DNA of 57,470 bases from a virus (lineage: Duplodnaviria > Caudoviricetes), in the IMG/VR virus record IMGVR_UViG_3300026097_001066, positions 1 through 57,470 of that record. One strand, 5' to 3'. A program made the translations under genes and the position numbers. Shown here in pieces: positions 26,664-35,333 of this stretch (positions are counted from its first letter, which is position 1; each line of letters opens with the position of its first letter). Under the pieces are notes generated by a model that saw only the letters and a program-made list of their open reading frames with translations, searched no databases and was not told the DNA's origin.

Positions 26664-28275
26664 TAAACTGCTCCTCTAACCATTCAAAGTCGTTTATTTT
26701 TTTAAGTGCTTCTATGTCGCCTTTATTTGCTTCACCGTAAGCTCTGCCAGCAAGTGCTCCTGCAATAGCATACTCGCCAAACGGCCTATCTTTGCCTGCG
26801 GTGCACCATACATCTAATCTATCTTCAGTTTCTTTGTTTTTTTGTCTATCTATTACTTTACTGGATAGTTTACAACATTCTCTAAACGCACTTCTCCAAG
26901 TGTTAAAAGCATCTGTATTGAAAGCAGTAGTATTGCTAATCTGATTTATTTTTTTAAATTTTGAACTGATACTGGTTGTCATGTCAGGTTTTGTTGTATC
27001 CATCTCTGCTGTTAGCTGTCTCGGTAACAGTTTGATGGCTCCATAACCGTATTCTAAATCGTTAATAGGATTTTTACTATTACACACATGCACAACATCT
27101 AGATCCCATTTCGACACTTCATAATCAAAATTAAAATTATCGTTAATAACAGCATCGCCGTCTACTACCCAAAACATTTCAGTATCACACATTTTTGCAG
27201 CAATTTGATGTGCATGGTGTATTCCGTCAATATTGTTTAATCGTTTAGCCTCAGGATATTTTTCTTTTAACTTATTATAATTTTCATCTGCATTTGACTC
27301 ACCATAGGTTATCATTACAATATCATATTGTGTAGTTTTTGTTTGCTTTTTAGCAGGGTCTATCACTAATGGACTTTTCAGTCTAGGTGGATTTTTGTAA
27401 ATTGTTTTCAAAAATTTACTCTGGCCCGGTGTTAGCGGATCGTCAATAGGAATATCTAGTTCTTGTTTAAGCATATGTCCATAAGAAATTGCGTCTTCTA
27501 ATACTCCGGCGCCCGCATCATACTCTTGTTGCACTTCCTTCCAAAGGTTATTCAAGTATTCAAAATCTCTTACATTGACATAATCCCAGTCGGTGCACAT
27601 TGTTTTATAAAGACCTTGTCTTGCACCTAAAATTGCCCATAATCCGTGATCTACATCTGCACCAACCATGAGCCAAATCCAAAGGCGATGTTGATTTTTC
27701 CAATGTCCTTTTAGAAATTCGTCTTTGGTAGGTCGCACTCCTTCGCTGAGTGCCATCTTAACTCCTTCTCTAAACCCTGCTCGCCAGGCTTGATGTGGTG
27801 TTGCATTATTGTGCACCGTGCTAAAACAGCCGTCTTGTTGAATATATTCCATGTCCCAACAAAAGTCTACTTGAGCACGAGGATTATCAGGTTCGGCATT
27901 CTCGTGAGTTTTTATTTCTAATACATGATCTCTTGGCCAACATTTAATTCCTCCATTACCGTAAGTAAGTCCGTTAATAATATTCTTACCGCACCAGCTT
28001 ATAACTGCTTTGGATAAATCAGCCGTATCATAAAAATCTATTTCCTGATTTAAAAAATTTGGATCTATAATGTTGTCGCCATCTATGGTTATGAATCGAT
28101 CTGTTTCAGCAATCCTAGCACATGCTTTGTGAGCAGAATCGCTGCCTTCTACACCATGCACCCTTTTTGCCCAAGGAACTTTGGAACATAAATCTGCATA
28201 ATTTTTTTCTGCATTTGGTTCGTCATAGCTAAGGTATATTATATCGCAGTCAATGACTTTAAACTTCTTGGCCAT
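26647..28275 (-). CDS. glycosyltransferase-like protein with two tandem GT-A domains
   Basis: Duplicated SYDEPNAE/TYGESNAD, GSDSAH/GIHHAH, IDGD/VDGD (DxD), INGLTYGNGGIK/INDLEYGYGAIK, AWRAGFRE/TWRSAFRE. Confidence 0.7.
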   Translation of the reverse strand: MAKKFKVIDCDIIYLSYDEPNAEKNYADLCSKVPWAKRVHGVEGSDSAHKACARIAETDRFITIDGDNIIDPNFLNQEIDFYDTADLSKAVISWCGKNIINGLTYGNGGIKCWPRDHVLEIKTHENAEPDNPRAQVDFCWDMEYIQQDGCFSTVHNNATPHQAWRAGFREGVKMALSEGVRPTKDEFLKGHWKNQHRLWIWLMVGADVDHGLWAILGARQGLYKTMCTDWDYVNVRDFEYLNNLWKEVQQEYDAGAGVLEDAISYGHMLKQELDIPIDDPLTPGQSKFLKTIYKNPPRLKSPLVIDPAKKQTKTTQYDIVMITYGESNADENYNKLKEKYPEAKRLNNIDGIHHAHQIAAKMCDTEMFWVVDGDAVINDNFNFDYEVSKWDLDVVHVCNSKNPINDLEYGYGAIKLLPRQLTAEMDTTKPDMTTSISSKFKKINQISNTTAFNTDAFNTWRSAFRECCKLSSKVIDRQKNKETEDRLDVWCTAGKDRPFGEYAIAGALAGRAYGEANKGDIEALKKINDFEWLEEQFNERRN

Positions 28276-28840
28276 TTTTTATCCTTTTATATTGATATGT
28301 ATTAAATCTTCTTGTGGTGTAAATGCTCAAATCAACTAGTTTGTTTTCAAATTCTTCTGTGAAGGGCAAAGTTGAATAATTTTGTTTTACAGTTTCTGCA
28401 AAATCTACAACAAAAGTCTTATATAAAATGTTAGGGTCGTTTTTCGCAGTAATACTGAATTGTAGTTTTTTATTTAAGCTTACTGTTTGATTGGTAATAT
28501 TTTTTTTGAAATTTTTACCTATAAAAAATTTCCAACATGTATTATCAAAGTCTTGCACCAGTGTTAAATCAGGGTCTGTTAGGTTATCTGCAGGAATTTG
28601 ATAAATTAGATTGTTAATATTCGGTGTGTTTATTTCTAGATCATCTTTAACCTTAAATTCATAAGTGTTTTTTTCTAAATTATATTTGACCATATATGAA
28701 CATGTAGGTTCTTCGCCTGTTTGTAACATCATAACTTCACTGATATCAACTTCTACATAGTTATCTGTATCATAAACTTCGTTTGCAATTCGCAGTATTT
28801 CACCACTATTTAAATCAAAACACACATACATTTTATTCAT
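28259..28840 (-). CDS. hypothetical protein
   Basis: 193-aa ORF overlapping both neighbours in the GT operon. Confidence 0.7.
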   Translation of the reverse strand: MNKMYVCFDLNSGEILRIANEVYDTDNYVEVDISEVMMLQTGEEPTCSYMVKYNLEKNTYEFKVKDDLEINTPNINNLIYQIPADNLTDPDLTLVQDFDNTCWKFFIGKNFKKNITNQTVSLNKKLQFSITAKNDPNILYKTFVVDFAETVKQNYSTLPFTEEFENKLVDLSIYTTRRFNTYQYKRIKNGQEV

Positions 28841-29669
28841 GCTGTAATCCTAGGAATTGTTCATATTGTAACAGAATTTTGTCTGTAACAAAAGAGTTTT
28901 CTGTATAATGAAATACAGTATTTTGCAAATGATTTCCTATTTTCAACTGTAGGTCGTCAGTGAAATACACTCCTACTTTGTTTTGCCAGGACTCGGTAGG
29001 ATTTTGCCAGTTCTGTGCGTAGGGTTTCATATGAATAAACATTGGAAATTCTGCATTTTTATTGACTATACTAGGATAACAGTCTAAAATTTTACTGGCA
29101 ATGCTCACAGAAATATCCATGCTGGGAATTTTTGGACAATACTCTTTGCAATGCTGTTCATAAAAAGGTTTCCAATCTGTTGCTATAATTTCTAGCCATT
29201 TATAAAATTCCTGCGCTGTTTTGCATTTCTTAAAGAAATGTATGCCGTTATATATACTAGGAAGTTTGTTCGCTGTAAATGCTTTGCGATAATAATCTGA
29301 AGTTACAGGTTGTTTTCTATATGTATAGGCTTTATCAAGATAGTATACATCGCGGGTTTCTAAAAAGTTCCACCAGGTATCAAGATTTTGTAGGACCAAT
29401 ATGTCAGTGTCTAAAACTATTGTGTGTTCATAGGGACTAGCATCATATATTTTCCAGCGATGCGCTGTTTGAAATCTGCTATCGTCTTTTTTATAACACG
29501 GTATATCTATAATTTGATCAAACACACGCTTGTATTTTGTTGGCACAGTATCACAAGTCACCACGCTTACTGGATAACTATTACCTGTTGCTCGAATACT
29601 CATTGCACACAGATATGCCTGTTTTAGATATTCTTCTCCGACAGCAAATAACACAAACCCTTTAGTCAT
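28833..29669 (-). CDS. GT-A fold (GT8-like) glycosyltransferase
   Basis: KGFVLFA, YLKQAYLCAMSI, SPYEHTIVLDTD (DxD), YNGIHFF, FIHMK. Confidence 0.7.
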   Translation of the reverse strand: MTKGFVLFAVGEEYLKQAYLCAMSIRATGNSYPVSVVTCDTVPTKYKRVFDQIIDIPCYKKDDSRFQTAHRWKIYDASPYEHTIVLDTDILVLQNLDTWWNFLETRDVYYLDKAYTYRKQPVTSDYYRKAFTANKLPSIYNGIHFFKKCKTAQEFYKWLEIIATDWKPFYEQHCKEYCPKIPSMDISVSIASKILDCYPSIVNKNAEFPMFIHMKPYAQNWQNPTESWQNKVGVYFTDDLQLKIGNHLQNTVFHYTENSFVTDKILLQYEQFLGLQHE

Positions 29670-30519
29670 TTAAAATCTCATCTATACATCTGTTAAGACT
29701 GAACTTGTTCATCACATGCAGAGTTTTGTTTTTCCACTTACACGCAGTATATTCGCCTAGATGATTTTCTTTTTCTAATAAAATTAATATTTCATTGTTG
29801 TGAATTTGCCAACAGATATCTTTATCAGTGGTGTAGAATAACTTGCCCGGCATTGATCCAGCAAATTTACCTTCTTGATATCCATTCATTATGTGGATTG
29901 CAATACTGAATGCATGATCATTACGATACACACTGCGATTTATTTGAAAGATCGAATTGTAGTGTCTCCAATTTTCTTGTATGTGTTGCAGTAAATCAAA
30001 AAAGATTTTGTTCTCTGTGGTTTTTCTAAAAAACACACAAGTTGCCCAATAAAATTTTATTCCTGTGTCACTGACAAAATCAAATTCAGAATAATCTCTA
30101 AAACCTGCAAGATCGTAGGCTTGATCATAAATTAAAAAATCTTGTGTTTGTTCAAAACAAAACAAATAACTATCGTCTAACAGCACAATATCACTGTCAA
30201 GGATCAGTGTTTCGTGATACGGACTTAGATTGTAAGCTAATGTTCTTGTTTCGTTTTTAAACTCTAATTTTGTTTGCTCACAGGATCCATCGTAATAACT
30301 TTTAAATGTATGATCCGACGTTTCACATACAGTTTCTATAACATGATCAAATACCATTTCATAATCTGGATATGCAGAGGCAAGATATTCTGTGTTGTCA
30401 GTTACCACAGTTGTGGGTAAATCTAATATGGTTTTTACCTGTTTTGCTAGGAAGTATGCTTGCTTAACATAGTCAACTTGGCTGTTGTTTCTAGCAAAAA
30501 CTAGAACTCCTTTAGTCAT
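29662..30519 (-). CDS. GT-A fold (GT8-like) glycosyltransferase
   Basis: KGVLVFA, DYVKQA, SPYHETLILDSD (DxD), WATCVFF, RNDHAFSIA, HVMNK. Start ATG 30519 (track gives TTG 30525). Confidence 0.7.
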   Translation of the reverse strand: MTKGVLVFARNNSQVDYVKQAYFLAKQVKTILDLPTTVVTDNTEYLASAYPDYEMVFDHVIETVCETSDHTFKSYYDGSCEQTKLEFKNETRTLAYNLSPYHETLILDSDIVLLDDSYLFCFEQTQDFLIYDQAYDLAGFRDYSEFDFVSDTGIKFYWATCVFFRKTTENKIFFDLLQHIQENWRHYNSIFQINRSVYRNDHAFSIAIHIMNGYQEGKFAGSMPGKLFYTTDKDICWQIHNNEILILLEKENHLGEYTACKWKNKTLHVMNKFSLNRCIDEILND

Positions 30520-30862
30520 ATTCAACCAATTTTTCGACGTTTCTGTTTTTCTTCAGTTTATTGTATTCTGCAAGGAATTTATTGGATGCAGAAAGATATG
30601 TATCGCAGACATCATTATTAAACAAGGACAAATCTTCTATTTTGATCGGAATGTTGTTATCGTCTACTAAAACTAAAGTATTTTGCTTGTTGTTCAGCAT
30701 GGTTTGGCAAAAACAAATTAGTTCTTTTGTTGCTGTGAACTGTCCGCCTTTATAATATAAAATAAGATCCTGGTAATAAGTCTCTTGTAAAACTCTCTTT
30801 TGGTTGTTAAGAGTGACCATAAAATTAGAAAAGTCAAGTGCTTTTTTGAGTCTTTCGTCCAT
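30512..30862 (-). CDS. hypothetical protein (116 aa), first gene of the GT/rSAM operon
   Basis: SD GGAGG; directly downstream of a consensus sigma70 promoter. Confidence 0.8.
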   Translation of the reverse strand: MDERLKKALDFSNFMVTLNNQKRVLQETYYQDLILYYKGGQFTATKELICFCQTMLNNKQNTLVLVDDNNIPIKIEDLSLFNNDVCDTYLSASNKFLAEYNKLKKNRNVEKLVEYD

Positions 30863-30879
30863 AGAGCCTCCTCTAGTTA

Positions 30880-30908
30880 ATTATATATTAAAGAAGGCCA
30901 AGTGTCAA
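30880..30908 (-). promoter_or_regulatory. perfect consensus sigma70 promoter
   Basis: TTGACA (30908-30903), 17 nt, TATAAT (30885-30880) on - strand. Confidence 0.85.
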
Positions 30909-30914
30909 GAATTT

Positions 30915-31865
30915 TTAGAGAGTTGAAGTGTTTGAATAGCTAGGACTAGGTACGCTAACATTTGATCCTGTTGCACGGAATTGTTGAATTGTGCTAGTGA
31001 TTGTTCCGTTTACATTTTCATCAACTGCTGGTCCAGGTAAAAATCCACCTTGTTGATCCCCAACATCGTCGTCTTGAAATCTTACTTCGAACTGAATTTG
31101 ACTGCTCGAGTTGGATTTAGCTCTTACAATGTAATCATTTTCTGCGTAAACACCACTACCGCTTTTTTGAAATATTTGTTGATAAGAACCTGACAAGTCA
31201 TAATTACCTATAGATGATCCTGTGCCTGTTCCGGTTGAAGTAGTGCTTGTATAATTAAATTTAATTGTTCCCATGTTAGATAACATGGTTCTCCAATCGT
31301 TGGTCTTTGCGCCGCTACCGCCTGAAATGTTTGCAGTAAATCTAATTTCGCCGCCTGCATTAAAAAAATGTCTACGATGATCTGCATTATTAAATGTTAC
31401 TGTAAAAGAATGTGTAATTGTTCCGTTCCAGGCTGTTGTTCGTTGACTAGTAATTGCTGCTTCCACTGATGCCTGATTTGGATTAACTGTTAATTTATTA
31501 CTTTCAATTGTTGTCATTAACGAAAAATAATCATTGAATCCTTTAGTGGAGTCTGTCATATTACTGGTACCAACACCGGCAGTGGATCCAGTATTACTGG
31601 CATTAGCTCCAACGATGTTGCCTACTTGTATATTGCCTAGATTTGAATTTGTATTTTCTTGGTGAGCATAGGCTTTATTCATATCAGTTCTTAGCTGATC
31701 CATTCTTGATGCTGTAATATTAGTTACATTTGCAGTTACTTGAGAGCTTGAAAGACTTTGCCCGTATCCAGATGTTCCAGAACCATTTCCTAGAATATTA
31801 TTTATTCTACTTTGTAATCCGTTGTAATCTGCAGCATTTATATCGTTACCAGAACTGACAGTCAT
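30915..31865 (-). CDS. Ser/Thr/Gly/Asn-rich virion structural protein (tail-associated)
   Basis: Last gene of the tail module; RRHFFNAGGEIRF; composition typical of virion beta proteins; late promoter upstream. Confidence 0.65.
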   Translation of the reverse strand: MTVSSGNDINAADYNGLQSRINNILGNGSGTSGYGQSLSSSQVTANVTNITASRMDQLRTDMNKAYAHQENTNSNLGNIQVGNIVGANASNTGSTAGVGTSNMTDSTKGFNDYFSLMTTIESNKLTVNPNQASVEAAITSQRTTAWNGTITHSFTVTFNNADHRRHFFNAGGEIRFTANISGGSGAKTNDWRTMLSNMGTIKFNYTSTTSTGTGTGSSIGNYDLSGSYQQIFQKSGSGVYAENDYIVRAKSNSSSQIQFEVRFQDDDVGDQQGGFLPGPAVDENVNGTITSTIQQFRATGSNVSVPSPSYSNTSTL

Positions 31866-31879
31866 ATTTTAACCTCTAA

Positions 31880-31895
31880 TAATATACGCATATAT
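31880..31895. promoter_or_regulatory. 16-bp palindromic motif copy (TAATATACGCATATAT)
   Basis: 14/16 match to TTATRTRCGYAYATAA; intergenic, just downstream of a late promoter. Confidence 0.55.
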
Positions 31896-31907
31896 TATTT
31901 ATTTATA
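31896..31907 (-). promoter_or_regulatory. T4-like late promoter (TATAAATAAATA)
   Basis: Exact TATAAATA at 31907-31900, upstream of a structural gene with SD GAGG. Confidence 0.6.
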
Positions 31908-33390
31908 CTTTTAGGAAACATTCAACTAGCTTTTCTTCTTGAGAGGAATTAGTTTCTAAGGCTATACCAACTAGGTCGCCGTTGCCCAATGCACTTGCTA
32001 TACCGTCTTGTTCAACAAATACTTTGTCGCCTTTGTTAACAGGTCCATACACTCGAACCGGAACTCTGCCTTTCAGTGCAACTGCTTGACCCTGTGCTTC
32101 GGAATTCATTAGATATGCTGGATTTTCTGAAATAACGCCTGCAACCACGTCGGATGCATTTGCTAGTTCCATTTCGTGATCTATGTGTTCACAAATTGCC
32201 ACTACTGTGCCAACAGAATATTCCTGTTCTGTTGTATATTTTTCTGCTAAATCTGCGTATCGAGCACTGGTTGCTGTTCCTCTAAACAGATTAGCAAATA
32301 TATCTCCGTTTGAATCTCTTACTGCTACTGTGTTAGCAGTTGCACTGGTTGATCCAGATCTTTCATTGCCAGAAACTTTCAGTGTAGATGATGTGGTTGC
32401 AGTTCCTGTAAAAGTAGTTGCATATACATTGTTAAACTGTCTCGTAGTTGAGCCAAGAGTAACCACTTCTGTAGTGGTTTGATCTGCTTGAAGACCTGGA
32501 ATAACACTGTTTGCTTGAATTCGCAATGGATTTTTAATATTGCCTAGCCCGTCTTTGGCTCTAAAACTAATTAATGTTCCTACTTCGTTTGCAATTACTG
32601 CTTGATTGTCATTTTCAATTTTAATTTTTAAATCGTTTGAATCACCAACTGCTATACCGGCATCTGCAAAACTTACCAAAGTTCCAAAGTTGGCATTTCC
32701 AGTTTGTACATAATTAGCTGCGCTGATGCCGCCAAGTTTGTCAGCGTTTGAAGCTGTTCCCCAAAAACGATGATCAGTACTAGTAGCACCGCCTGTGGAA
32801 TTGGTTGTATTTTTAAGTGTGACTCCTTGACGAACTACATCAAACCCTGCGATAGCATTTTCAGCATCTGAGCTATCTATTGTAAATTGCTGAGAACTGA
32901 TTATATGTATAATTTCGTCATTAACCAGAGAAACAATCACTGATCGACTATTTCCTAGAGTGTCACGCACTGTGCGAGATTGCATTTGTGTAACGCCGTC
33001 TCCTGCATCTTGCGGTCCTACTAAAATAAAGTCCGTGCCATTATATGCATATAATTGTTCATTGGCTGTGTCCCACCAAAAATCACCTTCGGTTAATCCG
33101 CTCGGAATTGTTGGACTTACTTCTGCACCGCCGGTTGTACGGAATTTGGCGCCATCATAGAATTTTAATTTTTTACTGGAGCTGTCAAACCATACTTGTC
33201 CGCTGACTGCTTTGGGAGGAGGATTTGCGCCGTTAAAATTTTCTAACAGAAATACAAAATTTTCATTTTGTATTTCACCATAACCTGCATAATTTTTACC
33301 AACCAGTTTAAGATCGGTGGTTTGATCAATTGTTCCATCTTCAACAACTGTTAATAATGTATTGTTATATCTATCAATAGTATACGCCAT
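31903..33390 (-). CDS. tail fibre-like protein with C-terminal intramolecular-chaperone/autocleavage-like domain
   Basis: Shared fibre N-terminus (LVGKNYAGYGE...LLENF...GQVWFD); C-terminal ARYADLAEKY...GVISENPAYLMN...VALKGRVPVRV. Confidence 0.75.
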   Translation of the reverse strand: MAYTIDRYNNTLLTVVEDGTIDQTTDLKLVGKNYAGYGEIQNENFVFLLENFNGANPPPKAVSGQVWFDSSSKKLKFYDGAKFRTTGGAEVSPTIPSGLTEGDFWWDTANEQLYAYNGTDFILVGPQDAGDGVTQMQSRTVRDTLGNSRSVIVSLVNDEIIHIISSQQFTIDSSDAENAIAGFDVVRQGVTLKNTTNSTGGATSTDHRFWGTASNADKLGGISAANYVQTGNANFGTLVSFADAGIAVGDSNDLKIKIENDNQAVIANEVGTLISFRAKDGLGNIKNPLRIQANSVIPGLQADQTTTEVVTLGSTTRQFNNVYATTFTGTATTSSTLKVSGNERSGSTSATANTVAVRDSNGDIFANLFRGTATSARYADLAEKYTTEQEYSVGTVVAICEHIDHEMELANASDVVAGVISENPAYLMNSEAQGQAVALKGRVPVRVYGPVNKGDKVFVEQDGIASALGNGDLVGIALETNSSQEEKLVECFLKV

Positions 33391-33413
33391 CTGCGAACCC
33401 CTCTAATATATTG

Positions 33414-33420
33414 TATTTAT
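33414..33420 (-). promoter_or_regulatory. putative late promoter (ATAAATA)
   Basis: Intergenic, upstream of SD GAGG and ATG 33390. Confidence 0.55.
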
Positions 33421-33431
33421 CGTATGTGTTT

Positions 33432-35333
33432 TTATACAGTGCTTTGCCAAACCCAGGATCCTCCATTAGAACTGAATGTCATTAAAGACCTAGTTGGTGA
33501 TAGTACCGCGGAGCCGCTGGCAGCGCCAAAGTTGATGTCCTGAACAACTGACTCACTGGATGCATTATTATCTTTGTCAACACTGATATAACTTTTTGTC
33601 ATTGCTGATTGTACATCAATTCCAGATACTGTAGCTCCTGTGTAAGATGTACAATGTATTCTAGCAATTGATCCTGCTTTAGCAGCCGCAGGATATAATG
33701 ATTCTAATATACCCACAACATCAGTGTAAGGATTTCCTGAACTAGGATTAGATAATCCAGTAATATCTAGAGCCATTACAATTGGTTCGTTTTCTAATGC
33801 AGTATCTACATATCCTTTTGTAGGTACATAACTATCAGAATCCCCGCCTGTGTATGTAAAGTCTGATTGTCTAGTTCCTCTAGCAGGTGCAGCAACACCA
33901 TTAATTTTTTGACTGTCAACTAGAATGTCACCTTTAGCAACAATGTTAATACCTGCGCCGTTTATTCTTTCTATGGAAACTCCATCGATATAAATGTTGT
34001 CCACAGTAAGCTCTTCTAGCACACCTAGATTTGTTAAACTACTGTTAACAACAGTTGACCCTAGTGTTGTGGAATCTAACACCAATGCATCTGCAATTCT
34101 GTATGACTTTCCAGTTGATAGATCAATATTTTGGTTTGATGTCCAATTTCCTGTAGATTGCTCCCAGGTTAAATCCTTGCTACCGTCAGTTGATCTTACG
34201 ATAATACCAGCACCGTCTACAGTAGCATCATTTCCTTCTGTGCTGTCATCCAATAATCCTAATTCAATGTTTTTATCTTGCACTGTTAGAGTAGAAACAT
34301 TCAAATATGTTGCATCACCCTCTACTAGTAGATTACCGCCTACTGTTAAGTCTCCACTAAATTTTCCTGCACCAGTTACATCTAATTCTACAGATGGTGT
34401 ATTGTTCCACACTCCTAGTTTTAATTCACTGGCATCTACATACATGCTCGAGTAGAAACTGTTGCCTTGACGCACTCTAAATTGCATGTCAGATTCAGAT
34501 ATTTGCCCTTCTAAAGTACTGGTATTTCCTGAGACTTTCAATATAACATACTCTGTATCACCGACACCAACACTTAGACCCGCACTATTTTGAACTTTCA
34601 AACTTCCAGTAGTAAATCCATTTGAATCTGAAGGAATAAAGTTTGCCGCAGTTTTTTCTACGCCTGCATCGTCTACTAGTGCTCTAGAAGAATCTGCTAT
34701 TCCTCTAAAATTAAAATCAGCAGAGCTCACAGGATTAAATCCTTGTTGAATTAATTGTCTGTTTGGACTAGCAGTATCGTTAGGATCAGATGGATAACCA
34801 GGTATTGTTTGTGGAGGGAGGTAAAAAGTTGCATTTGCAAAAATTCCTTGCAGAGTTCCTCCTATGTATAACATCAATAATGTTCTATCAACACTTGTCG
34901 AGTCAATTGAAGATATTACTTCAAATCCTGTTTTTCCCTGTTCGGCATTGTATTCAGGACCTACTAGAACTAGATCAGTGCCATCGAAAAAGTAGAGTTT
35001 GTTATTTTCATTATCAATCCATAGATCACCTGCAACCATTTGAGGTTGTTGATTGCTTACAATAGGGCCGCCGGCTGCTTTAAATGTAGAACCGTCGTAG
35101 ACCTTTAATCGCTGGTCGCTGGTGTCCCACCATAGTTGTCCTGACAATGGATTACTAGGAGCACTTGTGCTAGAAAAATTTTCCAATAATTTGATATAGT
35201 TTTCATTTATAAACTCACCAAATCCTTTGTAGTTTCTTCCTACAAGCGTGATATCTGTAATCGAATTATCAATTTGGCCATCTACTAGATCTACAAGTAA
35301 GTCGCCGTTGGTTTTGTTGAGTCTATATGTCAT
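33432..35333 (-). CDS. tail fibre-like protein
   Basis: Shared N-terminus (LVGRNYKGFGE...LLENF...GQLWWD); VQDKNIELG...GAGI, SSLTNLGVL and TKGYVD fibre motifs. Confidence 0.75.
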   Translation of the reverse strand: MTYRLNKTNGDLLVDLVDGQIDNSITDITLVGRNYKGFGEFINENYIKLLENFSSTSAPSNPLSGQLWWDTSDQRLKVYDGSTFKAAGGPIVSNQQPQMVAGDLWIDNENNKLYFFDGTDLVLVGPEYNAEQGKTGFEVISSIDSTSVDRTLLMLYIGGTLQGIFANATFYLPPQTIPGYPSDPNDTASPNRQLIQQGFNPVSSADFNFRGIADSSRALVDDAGVEKTAANFIPSDSNGFTTGSLKVQNSAGLSVGVGDTEYVILKVSGNTSTLEGQISESDMQFRVRQGNSFYSSMYVDASELKLGVWNNTPSVELDVTGAGKFSGDLTVGGNLLVEGDATYLNVSTLTVQDKNIELGLLDDSTEGNDATVDGAGIIVRSTDGSKDLTWEQSTGNWTSNQNIDLSTGKSYRIADALVLDSTTLGSTVVNSSLTNLGVLEELTVDNIYIDGVSIERINGAGINIVAKGDILVDSQKINGVAAPARGTRQSDFTYTGGDSDSYVPTKGYVDTALENEPIVMALDITGLSNPSSGNPYTDVVGILESLYPAAAKAGSIARIHCTSYTGATVSGIDVQSAMTKSYISVDKDNNASSESVVQDINFGAASGSAVLSPTRSLMTFSSNGGSWVWQSTV

